A stretch of 64,000 bases of DNA from Halarcobacter sp. (GTDB lineage Bacteria > Campylobacterota > Campylobacteria > Campylobacterales > Arcobacteraceae), in assembly GCA_048571215.1 (NCBI GenBank), contig CP182352.1:1504001-1568000 (forward strand). Direction: 5' to 3'. Position 1 is the first letter of the stretch. Every line of letters starts with the position of its first letter. Both the position numbers and the translations under genes were made by a program. Of this stretch, positions 32,483-43,364 are shown one piece after another. The notes below the pieces were generated by a model. The model did not search any database, had not been told where the DNA came from, and saw nothing but the letters and a program-made list of their open reading frames with translations.

Positions 32483-33861
32483 TATCTATATTGATGTGCT
32501 ATTCTATGTTTTTTCCATTTATCAAACATCATTTCATTTGAATTTTTTGTATTATCTTGACCAGCTAAATAGTTCATTAAAACAGCTTCAAGAAAAGTAC
32601 TATAATCTAAAGCAATAGCACCTTTTTCTTTACTTTGTGGAATATCTCCTTTTCTATTTTGAAACCAATCATTCCATTGTTTAGAACCTGGAGTATACAT
32701 CTGCCAAGGGGTTTTAGAAAAATCTTTCGCTGGATAAAAAAATGTTAAATCTCCAGGGAAGACTGAAGTACCATGACAACTCAAACATGAAGAACTTCTA
32801 AGAGCAGGAACTATTTTACCATCCACTTCAACATTATACTTAACAGCAATATCAAATGGACCAGATAATCTTTTCCCATATCCTAATGTGACTTTTGAAT
32901 ATGCAGGTGCAGAAGGATTGATATATGTTTCTTCAAGTGGCATTAGAGGATTTTTGGCTGAATTAACATCTGGATCATTCCCCCACATTGCACCTAAAGG
33001 AACCATTTTATCCCAAGCATTATCACCTTTTGCATCTTTATCATATACAAGTGTTGAAAATACCCAACCTGTTTGTGGAGAAGCAATACTATCTTTTACA
33101 ATAATATCAAAAATACCAACTCTTATATCTGTAACTTCTGGTTTTGCATCTTTTATAGTACCATTTAAATCAAATGGTTTTCTAAAGATTTTCCATTTTG
33201 CGGCACCTTCTAAAACAGGCCACTGTTCTGGGGTTGCAGTAACACCTGCTGATTTTATAATAATTGAACCCTCTTTAAATTGAGCTTCATTATTATCTAT
33301 ACTAGGGATACAAGAATTTGTTTTTTTATCACATTTACTCCATACTTTATGTAAAGTATAAGCTGCAGTCTCATTATAATAAATCGATGCATGATTACGA
33401 ATATTTACCTTTAAACCAGAATTGGCATAAATCTCTTTTTTCATAATCTGACCAGTATAAGTTCCATATATAGAATCACGACCTTCCCAACCAGTTTTTT
33501 CAACCTCTTCTCCAGCCCAAAGCATACTATACCAACCCTTTTGTGGACTTTTGTTCCATTTTTCAGGATTTAAGACAAAATCTTTAATTGAAGGTGTTAT
33601 ATATTTTTTAAGAATCATAATATAATCATACGCTCTATCTTTAGTTAAATAACCATCTTTTAATACACTTCTCCAAGGCATACTTGGTTGTTCATAACTA
33701 GTTGGATAATTATATTTAAATTTCCATAGAGGTCCATTATATTGGGACTTAGTTGGTATCTCACCATTATTTACAGCAAAGGGGTCAATGCTACTAGCAT
33801 TAAGAAAAGGGATTGTAGTAAACAAACATATTGCACTTAGTAGTTTTAATTTTTTATTCAT
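32482..33861 (-). CDS. Exported protein with a single CxxCH motif (putative c-type cytochrome)
   Basis: Signal peptide ending LNA; CLSCH at 32773-32787; RBS AAGGAG. Confidence 0.65.
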   Translation of the reverse strand: MNKKLKLLSAICLFTTIPFLNASSIDPFAVNNGEIPTKSQYNGPLWKFKYNYPTSYEQPSMPWRSVLKDGYLTKDRAYDYIMILKKYITPSIKDFVLNPEKWNKSPQKGWYSMLWAGEEVEKTGWEGRDSIYGTYTGQIMKKEIYANSGLKVNIRNHASIYYNETAAYTLHKVWSKCDKKTNSCIPSIDNNEAQFKEGSIIIKSAGVTATPEQWPVLEGAAKWKIFRKPFDLNGTIKDAKPEVTDIRVGIFDIIVKDSIASPQTGWVFSTLVYDKDAKGDNAWDKMVPLGAMWGNDPDVNSAKNPLMPLEETYINPSAPAYSKVTLGYGKRLSGPFDIAVKYNVEVDGKIVPALRSSSCLSCHGTSVFPGDLTFFYPAKDFSKTPWQMYTPGSKQWNDWFQNRKGDIPQSKEKGAIALDYSTFLEAVLMNYLAGQDNTKNSNEMMFDKWKKHRIAHQYR

Positions 33862-33938
33862 ATATACTCCTTTAAGTATTATAAACTTTAGCGCTATTTA
33901 TCTTAATATTTTATAATATTATTTATATTTTATATATT

Positions 33939-36900
33939 TTATATGGTTTGATTACGTCCTAATTCTTTAGCTTTATATAAAGCTTTATCAGCAGTATTTA
34001 TCAGTAGTTCAACATCACAATTATCAATTTGATTAGATACAGAAACTCCTATACTAATTGTAATATATTCAGATACACTTGATTTTTCATGTATTATTTT
34101 ACATTTACTTAAATTATAATGAATCTCATTTGCAACCTTTAATGCACCCATCTTATCTGTATCGGGCAAAATAATTGCAAACTCCTCTCCCCCATAACGC
34201 GCCACAAAGTCACTTGCCCTATTTATTGATTTCATTAAGATTTCTGCCACTTTCATCAAACAAGTATCACCTTTTTGATGTCCATAAAAATCATTATAAT
34301 TTTTAAAAAAATCAACATCACAAATCAGCAAACTTAAAGGTTTTTTATCCCTTTGTGCTTGGAAAAAAGCCCTTTGTAAATATTCATCAAAACTTCTTCT
34401 ATTTTTTAAAGATGTTAAAGAATCAGTTGTAGCAAGTAGATCAAGTTTTTCTATTGCTTTTTGTAATTTAAGTTCTACTTTTTTTCTCTCCTCATTCTCA
34501 TTTAATACCTCTTTATTTAATTGAGAAATCTTATTGTTTTGATCTAGTAAAATCTCATTTTGATCTGCAAGTTCTTCATTCTTGAAATCTAAATCACGGG
34601 TTCTCTCTTTTACTTTTTCTTCTAGTTTATAATATATTTGGGCATTTTCAATAGAGATTGCAATTTGTCCACTTAAATGTTTTAACAATTCTACTTTTTC
34701 ATATGTAAATACACTTGAAATCAAATTATTCTCTAAATATATAATTCCTTTTAATTCCCCTGATAGTTTAATAGGTGCACATAATACTGATTTTACACCT
34801 CTATTTAAAACATCATCATCTTCATTAAAAATTGTATTATCTTGAAGATTATCTAAAACTAAAGTCTCTCCTGAATTTATTACATAATTAATAACTGACT
34901 TTACTATAGATTTTGCATCATCAATTTTTTCTGCTTGAAGAACATATATCTCTTCTTTATCTACAAAAGATTGTGCTTGAATTAAAAATTCATTATCATT
35001 TTTCAATAAAAGAGCTCCACTTTGAGCACTTGCGTTTTCTATTATTAATTGAATAAGCTTTTTTAAAAGTTCAGATAAATGACGTTCTTGCACAATTATT
35101 TCTGCAGATTTTGTTAAAGTTTGAATATTAAAACTATCATTATTTTTCTTATCAAAACAATCGTTTATTTGGGCATTTTTATTATAAATCCACTTTTCTA
35201 AACTAATTTTTGCATCATTAGCATATAATATTGTAACTTTTCTCTGTAATTTATTTTTATACATCTCGCTAATTATATTATTAATAATTATTTCTAAGTT
35301 TTTTTGTCCATATATATTAACTATTTCTAAAGCATCTTCAAAAACCTTAATCGACAAATCAAATTTATTTTTGATTCTATATATCTCACCTAATAAGATT
35401 TTTTCTCTTGCTAAAAAATTTTCAGGAGAACTTTTTGCCCAAGCTTTAAACTTTTTTTGAATTGATTCTATTTTTTTTAGATTTATTATATTTGAAAAAG
35501 TCTTCTTATTATTAATCAACTTAGCGTAGATTAAAGCTTCATAAAATTTATATTCTGTATGATGTAACATCCCTTTTGCAGAAGAGATGAATCTTTCACC
35601 TTCTACTGAGATATCTAGTGCTTCCTTATACTTTTTATGAAAATAAAGAGTAATCATTTTATTAAGATAATAAAAAAGTGCAAAATGGGGAGACTTATAC
35701 TCTTTTAAATCGTTTACATAAAGTTCTTCATCAAAAAGCTTATCAGAAAAGGAATTTTCAGAATTAGTTTGATTTTTCAAATTTAAAATTGCTTGTTTAA
35801 CACTTAATATGGCACCTAATTGTTCAACTGTACCAAGACTTTTAAGCATCACTTCAAAATATTCAATCTTCTCTAAAATAAAATCTAAGTTTACACCTCG
35901 CATAAACATACTTTGTATAATACCTGCTGCTGCACACGCAGAATGAAACCAATCCCCTACTTCTATACCATTATTATATGCATCTTCCCAAAGCGATTCT
36001 GTATATGAAGAGGGGTGTTTCCATGATATTGCAAAATATCCACACACAAATTGTACTTCTGCATGTTGGGTAGTATTGTTAAATTTATCTACCATCTTAA
36101 AACATAATTGTGCATATTCATTTCCAATAGTATGATTTGATAATACAGCACCTTGAAAAATAACACCAAAAACCATAAAGCCAACTACAGATTCTGATGT
36201 AATCCCCTCTTTTAGACATAAATCAACTAATTTCATTGAGATTTCAACACTCAATTCAGGCTTTATTTGATAAGAAACTTTTAATAATGCAGATAATATA
36301 CGAATAAGAAGTTTTATCTTTTCATCACTTGCTTCTTTGATTTCTAAAAGTTGTTCAACTTTGTATGATTTTAGTTTATACTTTAATACAAGAAAATTTT
36401 TTATCAATGAAAACTTATTAAACTCTTTTGGCAACTCCATATCAAATAAAAGCACTGCTTTACGACCAATTTCATAAGCTTCTTTGAACTTTGTACAATC
36501 TGTATAAAAATTGATTATCAATTCATATATCAAGCCTTTTTCTTCGATTGTATTAGCTTTTTCTAATGCAAAATTATAATAATATAATGCCTCTTTATTA
36601 TTATGACATAGATGTTCACACTCTGCACGAAGTTTCAAAATATTGATATAATTACTAGGTTGTTCAATAATTTCCATTGCATTTTTAATATAATTTAGTG
36701 CATTTGCAAAATCTCCATTTCTTTTAGAATATAAACAAGCTTCAATATTTAAATCGAATACATCATTTTTTTGAATATCTGATAATTTTGATAATGCTAA
36801 ATTAAAATTATTTATACATAATATCAAATTGTCTTTATTTTCCATTAGATATAAGGTTTGTGCAATTTTTAAATGAATCTTCTGTTTTTCTTCATCTTCC

Positions 36901-38903
36901 ATTGATGTATAAACAACCTCTTTCATCCTATCATGAGAAAAACAACATAATGGGTCAATAGTATTCTTTAGCTGACTAAATACAAGCCACTCTTTTTCTA
37001 CTGCTTCATCTAAGAGAGTTTCAAAAATTACTTTATTATCATAAATTCTTTCTAATAAAATTTTTGAAAATTCATTACCTATACACGAAGCAATTTTCAA
37101 TAAATATTGAAGCTCATTAGAAAATAGTTTTATTTGCTTAAACAATATATCAAATACATTATCACTTATTTGCATATTTTCTATTCTTTCTAAATTACAA
37201 AACCATTTTAATCTATCAAAATCAAAGTAAACTGCATTTTCAACTTGTAATTCTTTTAGATATTGTTTTACAAAAAGAGCATTCCCTCGAGTTTTATTAA
37301 AAATAATTCTACTTACTTCATCAATCTCTTCTATTTCCATAGAGTTTGAAATAAACTTTTTAATAGAATCTTTAGTCATAGCCTCGATTTTTAAAAAATT
37401 AACATTTATATCAATTGAATTTAATTTCTTTAATAAAATATTAAAAGGATGGGTAAGTGTTACCTCATTTTCTCTATGTGTTGTAATTATCAATACATTT
37501 TTTAAATTTATTATTAATTTTTCTATTAATTTTAAAGTAACAAAATCTATCCATTGCACATCATCAAAATATATGCAAAGAGGTTTATCATCTTTGGAAA
37601 ATAGTTGTAAAAAACGGATTAATACAGAATCAAATTGGGCTTTATAGTCACTATCTAAACTAATATTATAACTATCTTTTGCTCCAACTATATACTCTAA
37701 TTCAGGAATAATTGAAAAAAGAAGAACAACTTTTTCTTTTAATTCATCTTCAATCTTTTTTTTCCAAAGTGTTATACTTGTTTTATCTTTAGTAATAATC
37801 TGTTTTGTTAAATTTCGTAATGCCAAATATAAAATCTCATAGGAACTATTTTGTTTAAACTCATCAAGTTTAACTTTAACTATATAACTAAAAGTGTTTT
37901 TATTTTTATCTAACATAAAATTAGTAAATGTGGATTTACCAATCCCTGAATCTCCATAAATAGAGATGAAAGATGATTTATTGTCTTTCAATTGCATCAA
38001 ATAATCATCAAATATCTTAAACTCTTCCTCTCTTCCAAAAAGTTCATTTAAATGATTTAATTCCAAAATATTACGCATACTATCTAATTCAAACTCATTC
38101 AAACAATTATTATCAAAAACTCTTATTAAATCCATAACAACTGATACTATGTTACTATAACGATTTTTTTGATCTTTTGCTATCATCTTATCAATAATAA
38201 AAGAGACACTCTTAGGGATATTTTTATTTATTAAACATACACTTGGCAACTCTTTTGTGACAACAGCATAAGGGATTGAAGATTCATTTATTATTTCATA
38301 TAAGGCTTTACCTGTCAATAGATAATAAAATACCATCCCCAAACTATATATATCACTAGTAAAATTTATACCATCACTAACACGCCCTGTCTGTTCTGGA
38401 GATTGATATATATTATGAACATCTAATTCATAAGAAAAATCACTATATTCTGATTTAAATGAAGCAGCTCCAAATCCTGCTAATTTGACATTGTAATTAT
38501 CGTTTATGAGGATTGTTTCTGGGCTAATAGTAGTATGTAAAATATTATTACTATGCAAAGTATATATTGCTTTAGATAAAGAGATTGCAAGGTGAAAAAA
38601 TCTTTCAAAAGGTAATAAATCATTTTTATTAACAAACTCTTCTAAAGTTGAACCTTCAAAATATTTTCTAATCAAATATATCTTATCATCAATTTTAGAT
38701 AATGATTCAACTTCAACTATATTTTCATGTTTGCATTGATTTAAGATAGAATATTCATTTTGAAGTTTTTTTTCACTTCTTAAAAGATTATTTTTTTCAC
38801 TTTTGAGAATTATCTTTTGATTATTTTTATCATATGCAATATATAAGTTAGAATTCGTTGTACTATTAAACTTTGGAAGTTTGTTAAATCTCTTTATTTG
38901 CAT
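33939..38903 (-). CDS. Multidomain diguanylate cyclase: kinase-like domain, P-loop (AAA/STAND-like) ATPase, TPR-like region, GAF, GGDEF
   Basis: SPEQTGR/SDIYSLG kinase fold; GDSGIGKS and IYFDDVQWID; SVLCAPI...GIIYLEN (GAF); DSLT, RASD I-site, RYGGEEF. Confidence 0.9.
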   Translation of the reverse strand: MQIKRFNKLPKFNSTTNSNLYIAYDKNNQKIILKSEKNNLLRSEKKLQNEYSILNQCKHENIVEVESLSKIDDKIYLIRKYFEGSTLEEFVNKNDLLPFERFFHLAISLSKAIYTLHSNNILHTTISPETILINDNYNVKLAGFGAASFKSEYSDFSYELDVHNIYQSPEQTGRVSDGINFTSDIYSLGMVFYYLLTGKALYEIINESSIPYAVVTKELPSVCLINKNIPKSVSFIIDKMIAKDQKNRYSNIVSVVMDLIRVFDNNCLNEFELDSMRNILELNHLNELFGREEEFKIFDDYLMQLKDNKSSFISIYGDSGIGKSTFTNFMLDKNKNTFSYIVKVKLDEFKQNSSYEILYLALRNLTKQIITKDKTSITLWKKKIEDELKEKVVLLFSIIPELEYIVGAKDSYNISLDSDYKAQFDSVLIRFLQLFSKDDKPLCIYFDDVQWIDFVTLKLIEKLIINLKNVLIITTHRENEVTLTHPFNILLKKLNSIDINVNFLKIEAMTKDSIKKFISNSMEIEEIDEVSRIIFNKTRGNALFVKQYLKELQVENAVYFDFDRLKWFCNLERIENMQISDNVFDILFKQIKLFSNELQYLLKIASCIGNEFSKILLERIYDNKVIFETLLDEAVEKEWLVFSQLKNTIDPLCCFSHDRMKEVVYTSMEDEEKQKIHLKIAQTLYLMENKDNLILCINNFNLALSKLSDIQKNDVFDLNIEACLYSKRNGDFANALNYIKNAMEIIEQPSNYINILKLRAECEHLCHNNKEALYYYNFALEKANTIEEKGLIYELIINFYTDCTKFKEAYEIGRKAVLLFDMELPKEFNKFSLIKNFLVLKYKLKSYKVEQLLEIKEASDEKIKLLIRILSALLKVSYQIKPELSVEISMKLVDLCLKEGITSESVVGFMVFGVIFQGAVLSNHTIGNEYAQLCFKMVDKFNNTTQHAEVQFVCGYFAISWKHPSSYTESLWEDAYNNGIEVGDWFHSACAAAGIIQSMFMRGVNLDFILEKIEYFEVMLKSLGTVEQLGAILSVKQAILNLKNQTNSENSFSDKLFDEELYVNDLKEYKSPHFALFYYLNKMITLYFHKKYKEALDISVEGERFISSAKGMLHHTEYKFYEALIYAKLINNKKTFSNIINLKKIESIQKKFKAWAKSSPENFLAREKILLGEIYRIKNKFDLSIKVFEDALEIVNIYGQKNLEIIINNIISEMYKNKLQRKVTILYANDAKISLEKWIYNKNAQINDCFDKKNNDSFNIQTLTKSAEIIVQERHLSELLKKLIQLIIENASAQSGALLLKNDNEFLIQAQSFVDKEEIYVLQAEKIDDAKSIVKSVINYVINSGETLVLDNLQDNTIFNEDDDVLNRGVKSVLCAPIKLSGELKGIIYLENNLISSVFTYEKVELLKHLSGQIAISIENAQIYYKLEEKVKERTRDLDFKNEELADQNEILLDQNNKISQLNKEVLNENEERKKVELKLQKAIEKLDLLATTDSLTSLKNRRSFDEYLQRAFFQAQRDKKPLSLLICDVDFFKNYNDFYGHQKGDTCLMKVAEILMKSINRASDFVARYGGEEFAIILPDTDKMGALKVANEIHYNLSKCKIIHEKSSVSEYITISIGVSVSNQIDNCDVELLINTADKALYKAKELGRNQTI

Positions 38904-39016
38904 AGATATCCCTGAATTATTAATAATTATATTGTTTTGTAATTTAAATTAACTTTAAGAAATAAATAGCATAAGATTAATTCATCATTTTTTTATAGTT
39001 GAAAGATACCTACATA

Positions 39017-39052
39017 ATAAGATATTTTATTTTTAAAAATAAAATATCTTAT
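39017..39052. terminator. Perfect 36-bp palindrome, probable terminator of the ABC-F gene
   Basis: ATAAGATATTTTATTTTT|AAAAATAAAATATCTTAT, 13 nt beyond the ABC-F stop. Confidence 0.55.
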
Positions 39053-39065
39053 AAATGAAAAATTA

Positions 39066-40658
39066 TTATTGTGCTTTTGATTCTAAAAACTCTTCGTAAG
39101 AACCTTTAAAATCTATGATTGTTCCATCACTTTGAATCTCAATAATTCTGTTTGCATAAGCGTCAAGTAGTTCCCTATCGTGTGATACACAAATAACAGA
39201 ACCTGGATATTCCAATAATCCCTCACCAAGTGCAATAATAGCTTCAAGATCTAGGTGATTTGTAGGTTCATCTAATATCATGAAGTTTGGTTGTTCAAGC
39301 ATGATTTTAGAAAGCATCATTCTATGCTTTTCTCCCCCACTACAAGATTTAACTTTTTTCTCTTGTTCTTGTCCGTTAAATAACATTCTTCCTAAACAGT
39401 TTCTAATCTCTGCAATATCAGCATCTCTATCAAAAGATCTTAACCAATCATATAAAGTCATATCCCCATCAATAATATCTGTAGCATTTTGTGGAAAATA
39501 ACCATTTTGAATAGTTGCACCCCAATGTATATCTCCTGAATCAGCTTCAACATTACCAACTAAAATTTCACATAAAGTTGTTTTACCAATACCATTTGGT
39601 CCAATAAGTGCTATTTTATCACCCTTTTCTAATGAAAATGAGATATCATTTAAAACCATCTCTCCATCATAAGATTTAGTGATATTGTTTACAAATAAAA
39701 TCTCTTTACCAACTTCTCTTTTTTGTCTAAAGATAATAGATGGATCTCTTCTACTAGAGATTTGAATACTACCAACATCAAGTTTATCAAGTTGTTTTTG
39801 TCTTGAAGTAGCTTGTTTTGCCTTAGATGCATTTGCACTAAATCTAGCGATAAATTTTTCTAATTCTTCTTTCTCTTTTTGTTTTTTATTCATATCAGCT
39901 TGTTGTTGTTTAGCCATAACTGTTGATGCAATATACCAATCATCATAGTTACCTGTAAACTCCCTAATTTGTTTATAATCAACATCTAAAATATGAGTAC
40001 ATACTGCATTTAAAAAGTGTCTATCGTGAGAGATAACAACCATAGTACCATCATGGTGTTGAAGTTGATTTTCTAACCAACCAATTGTTTCTATATCAAG
40101 GTTATTTGTAGGCTCATCTAGAAATAATACATCTGGTTTAGGATATAAAACCTGCGCCAATAAAACTTTGAATTTATCTCCACCTGTATAAGAGCTCATT
40201 AACTCTTGATGTTCACTTGCAGGGAAACCTAAATCCTCTAGTATTTTTGTAATCTTTACATCATATTCATAAGTTGGGTCTTCCTCAACACAAACAATCT
40301 CTAGCTCTGCTAATCTATTGTTTATCTCATCAGTAAACTCTTCACTCATGTAAAGTTTTTCTTTCTCTTTTATTGCATCGTATAATCTTTTATTTCCAAG
40401 TAATACTGTATCAAAAATTGTATGTTTTTCATAAGCAAATTGATTTTGACTTAAAGTTCCAACTTTTTTACCATTTTGAACTTGTACTTCACCCTCAGTA
40501 GCTTCCTCTTCACCGCTTAAGATTTTTAAGAAAGTTGACTTACCTGCACCATTGGCACCAATAAGACCATATCTTTTCCCTGTATCTAATTTTAAGTTTA
40601 TATCTTGGAATAAAACTCTAGGACCGTAAGCTTTTTTCAGTTTAATAGTTTGAACCAT
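39066..40658 (-). CDS. ABC-F family ATP-binding protein (YbiT-like)
   Basis: Two ABC domains (GANGAGKS, GPNGIGKT, LDEPTNNLD/LDEPTNHLD, SHDR), no TM segments. Confidence 0.93.
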   Translation of the reverse strand: MVQTIKLKKAYGPRVLFQDINLKLDTGKRYGLIGANGAGKSTFLKILSGEEEATEGEVQVQNGKKVGTLSQNQFAYEKHTIFDTVLLGNKRLYDAIKEKEKLYMSEEFTDEINNRLAELEIVCVEEDPTYEYDVKITKILEDLGFPASEHQELMSSYTGGDKFKVLLAQVLYPKPDVLFLDEPTNNLDIETIGWLENQLQHHDGTMVVISHDRHFLNAVCTHILDVDYKQIREFTGNYDDWYIASTVMAKQQQADMNKKQKEKEELEKFIARFSANASKAKQATSRQKQLDKLDVGSIQISSRRDPSIIFRQKREVGKEILFVNNITKSYDGEMVLNDISFSLEKGDKIALIGPNGIGKTTLCEILVGNVEADSGDIHWGATIQNGYFPQNATDIIDGDMTLYDWLRSFDRDADIAEIRNCLGRMLFNGQEQEKKVKSCSGGEKHRMMLSKIMLEQPNFMILDEPTNHLDLEAIIALGEGLLEYPGSVICVSHDRELLDAYANRIIEIQSDGTIIDFKGSYEEFLESKAQ

Positions 40659-40841
40659 AATATCTAATCTCCATAACTTATCTTGATTTTTGGGGATTAT
40701 ATCTAAATGTAACTATAATCTATGTTATATAAAAATAACTATTCTAAAAATTCTAATTTTTCTTTAATAAACTACCAACTAACAAATTTTTCATACAAAA
40801 AATACTCAAAACTATTACAATTAAATAAAAAAGGCTTTATC

Positions 40842-41606
40842 ATGGAAGCTAATAAAAAAATTTGGATAGTAGGTGGAAGTTCTGGTATTGGTTTAGAGCT
40901 TGTAAAACAATGTTTAGAAAAAGACTACTTAGTTATTGCAAGTTCTAGAAATGCAACAAAAACAAAAGAGCTTTTGGATTTAAAAAATGATTATCCCAAA
41001 ACCATCTCTTTTGTTGATATGGATGTAAATAATGAAAGTTCAATTTTAAATGGTATTTCTGATGCTTGGAATTGTTATGATGGGATTGATATCTGGTTTT
41101 ACAATGCGGGAGCTTATGAGATAATGTCCTTAGATGAATGGGATTATGATAAGTTTGAACAAATGAATAGCGTTAACTACTTGGGTGTTGTTAAGATTAT
41201 GACAAAACTCTTACCCCTTTATAAAAACAACAATATTCACACAAGATGGATTTGGAATTGTAGTATATCAAGCTATTTTGGACTACCGCAAGGTGGTGGT
41301 TATTCTGCTCCAAAAGCTGCCCTTGTAAATCTTGCTGAATCAATTCAGCCAGAACTTGATAAAAACAATATCAAACTTCAAATTATTAATCATGGCTTTG
41401 TGAAAACTAGATTAACTGAAAAAAATAAATTTGAGATGCCTCAAATTATGAGTCCAGAATTTACTGCAAAAAAGATTTTGGAAGGTATAGAAACCTCATC
41501 ATCTTTTGAGATACGATTTCCCTACAAATTATCTTTATTTCTTAGAATTTTAAAATTTTTACCATATAAGTTTTCATTAAAACTTACTAAAAAGTTAGTT
41601 CAATGA
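40842..41606 (+). CDS. Short-chain dehydrogenase/reductase
   Basis: GGSSGIG, YNAG, YSAPK; start moved to ATG 40842 behind AAAGG (ORF track starts at 40722). Confidence 0.88.
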   Translation: MEANKKIWIVGGSSGIGLELVKQCLEKDYLVIASSRNATKTKELLDLKNDYPKTISFVDMDVNNESSILNGISDAWNCYDGIDIWFYNAGAYEIMSLDEWDYDKFEQMNSVNYLGVVKIMTKLLPLYKNNNIHTRWIWNCSISSYFGLPQGGGYSAPKAALVNLAESIQPELDKNNIKLQIINHGFVKTRLTEKNKFEMPQIMSPEFTAKKILEGIETSSSFEIRFPYKLSLFLRILKFLPYKFSLKLTKKLVQ

Positions 41607-42021
41607 ATACACAAGAATATAAAGATTTTTTTGAAAACTTATCAAAAGATACTCCAATTGAAGAGTATGAAAATATTTTTTCAATAAAAGCAAAATTTGA
41701 AGACCCTTTTCACAAAGTAGAAGGGGTTCAAGAGATTTATAATGTATTTAAAATGATGTATAAGAAGTTGGATTCACCAATTTTTAAAGTTAAAGAGATA
41801 GTTGAAAATTCAAATATCGCATATTTTAAGTGGGATTTTTACTTTTACTTTAAAAACAAAACTAAAAAACAAAGTTTTGAAGGAGTTAGTAGAATAGAAT
41901 TTGATAAAGAGGGAAAAGTTGTTTCCCATGTGGACTATTGGGATAGCGCCAAAACCTATATGAGAAAATTCCATTTTTATCAACACTATTTAGTTTTTTG
42001 AAAAATAGAATTAAAGAGTAA
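41603..42021 (+). CDS. SnoaL/NTF2-like protein with apparent single-base deletion near the 3' end
   Basis: FEDPFHKVEG, GVSRIEF, HVDYWD; adding one A to the A4 run at 41951-41954 gives NLYEKIPFLSTLFSFLKNRIKE* ending at 42021 (as given, stops at 42001). Confidence 0.8.
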
Positions 42022-42023
42022 AT

Positions 42024-43295
42024 ATGAGAAGTGATATCTTAGATAAAAAACTTGTAGTTTACTACAGTTTATTAGCAGTCCCTTTAGCAATCATAGGATT
42101 ACCTTTATACATATATCTACCAACATTTTATACATCAACTGTGGGTATAGATATCACTACTGTAGGTATTTTAATTTTTATTGCAAGATTAACAGATGTT
42201 ATAAGTGATCCAATCTTTGGCTATTTAAGTGATGAAAGTGTTAGAAGATACAACTCTAGAAAACCTCTAATAATCTTAGGCTCATTTATTTTAGTATTTA
42301 GTTTTTATTTAATTATAAATCCAAATGAATCATTTTCAAAAAGTTGGCTTTTGGTATTTTCTATACTCATATATATGGCTTGGAGTATGATTAATATACC
42401 CTATCTAACTTGGAGTTCAGAGATAAGTAAAAACTACAATCATAAAACAGTATTAAATAGTTCTAGGGAACTTTTTACTATATTAGGTGTTATTATAGCT
42501 TTAATAGTTCCTACCCTTTTAGAAGTCTCTAATGAACCGCAAAATACACTAAATGTTTTATTTATCTTATTTTTACTTATCTTTGTACCCTCTGTTTTTA
42601 TAATACTAAAAAAAATAAAAATACAGAAACCAAAAATCAATCAAACTTTCAATATAGGTGGATTAAGGAAGATATATAAAAATATGCCTGATATAATATA
42701 TTTGGATTTATCCTATTTTATTAATAACTTAGCTAATGCTCTTCCTGCTACTTTATTTTTATTGTTTATTGAGCATGTAATTGAAAAAAAAGAATATAGT
42801 GGAGTTATTTTAATTATCTATTTTTTTTCAGGGCTTATAGCACTACCTTTTTGGAACTACCTTTCATCTAAAATAGGAAAAAAAACCACTTGGGTAATAT
42901 CTATATTATTAGCTTCAAGTGCTTTTATATTTGTTTTAATGCTAAAAGCTAATGATATAGAGCTATTTATTGTTATAAGTATAATCTCTGGCTTATCTTT
43001 GGGTGCGGATATGGCTTTACCAACTTCAATGAAAGCTGATTTAGTACAAAAAAGTGAAAAGATTCAAAATAATAGTTCTGGGCTTCTATTTGGTATTTGG
43101 ACAATGATAACAAAATTTTCTTTGGCATTTGCAATTGCCCTTGGTTTTATAATACTTGGTTTCTTTGATTTTGATTCTAATGAACCAAATACCCAATCAC
43201 TATTTGTACTAACACTACTTTATGGTTTAGCACCAGTTATTTTAAAATTTCTAAGTCTGTTGTTATTATATAGATACCAAGATCATAATAGATAA
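42024..43295 (+). CDS. MFS transporter (GPH/MFS_2-like)
   Basis: About 12 hydrophobic segments, ARLTDVISDPIFGYLSD, IPYLTWSSEI. Confidence 0.88.
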   Translation: MRSDILDKKLVVYYSLLAVPLAIIGLPLYIYLPTFYTSTVGIDITTVGILIFIARLTDVISDPIFGYLSDESVRRYNSRKPLIILGSFILVFSFYLIINPNESFSKSWLLVFSILIYMAWSMINIPYLTWSSEISKNYNHKTVLNSSRELFTILGVIIALIVPTLLEVSNEPQNTLNVLFILFLLIFVPSVFIILKKIKIQKPKINQTFNIGGLRKIYKNMPDIIYLDLSYFINNLANALPATLFLLFIEHVIEKKEYSGVILIIYFFSGLIALPFWNYLSSKIGKKTTWVISILLASSAFIFVLMLKANDIELFIVISIISGLSLGADMALPTSMKADLVQKSEKIQNNSSGLLFGIWTMITKFSLAFAIALGFIILGFFDFDSNEPNTQSLFVLTLLYGLAPVILKFLSLLLLYRYQDHNR

Positions 43296-43364
43296 TCTAT
43301 CAATTAACAAAATATAACTACAAGATTTCTTTATATACATATAAAATGTCATATAAAGGAGTCA

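Noticed and set aside
40722..40841. 40-aa N-terminal extension of the SDR
   Set aside because: It covers the promoter region; the RBS and Rossmann motif point to ATG 40842
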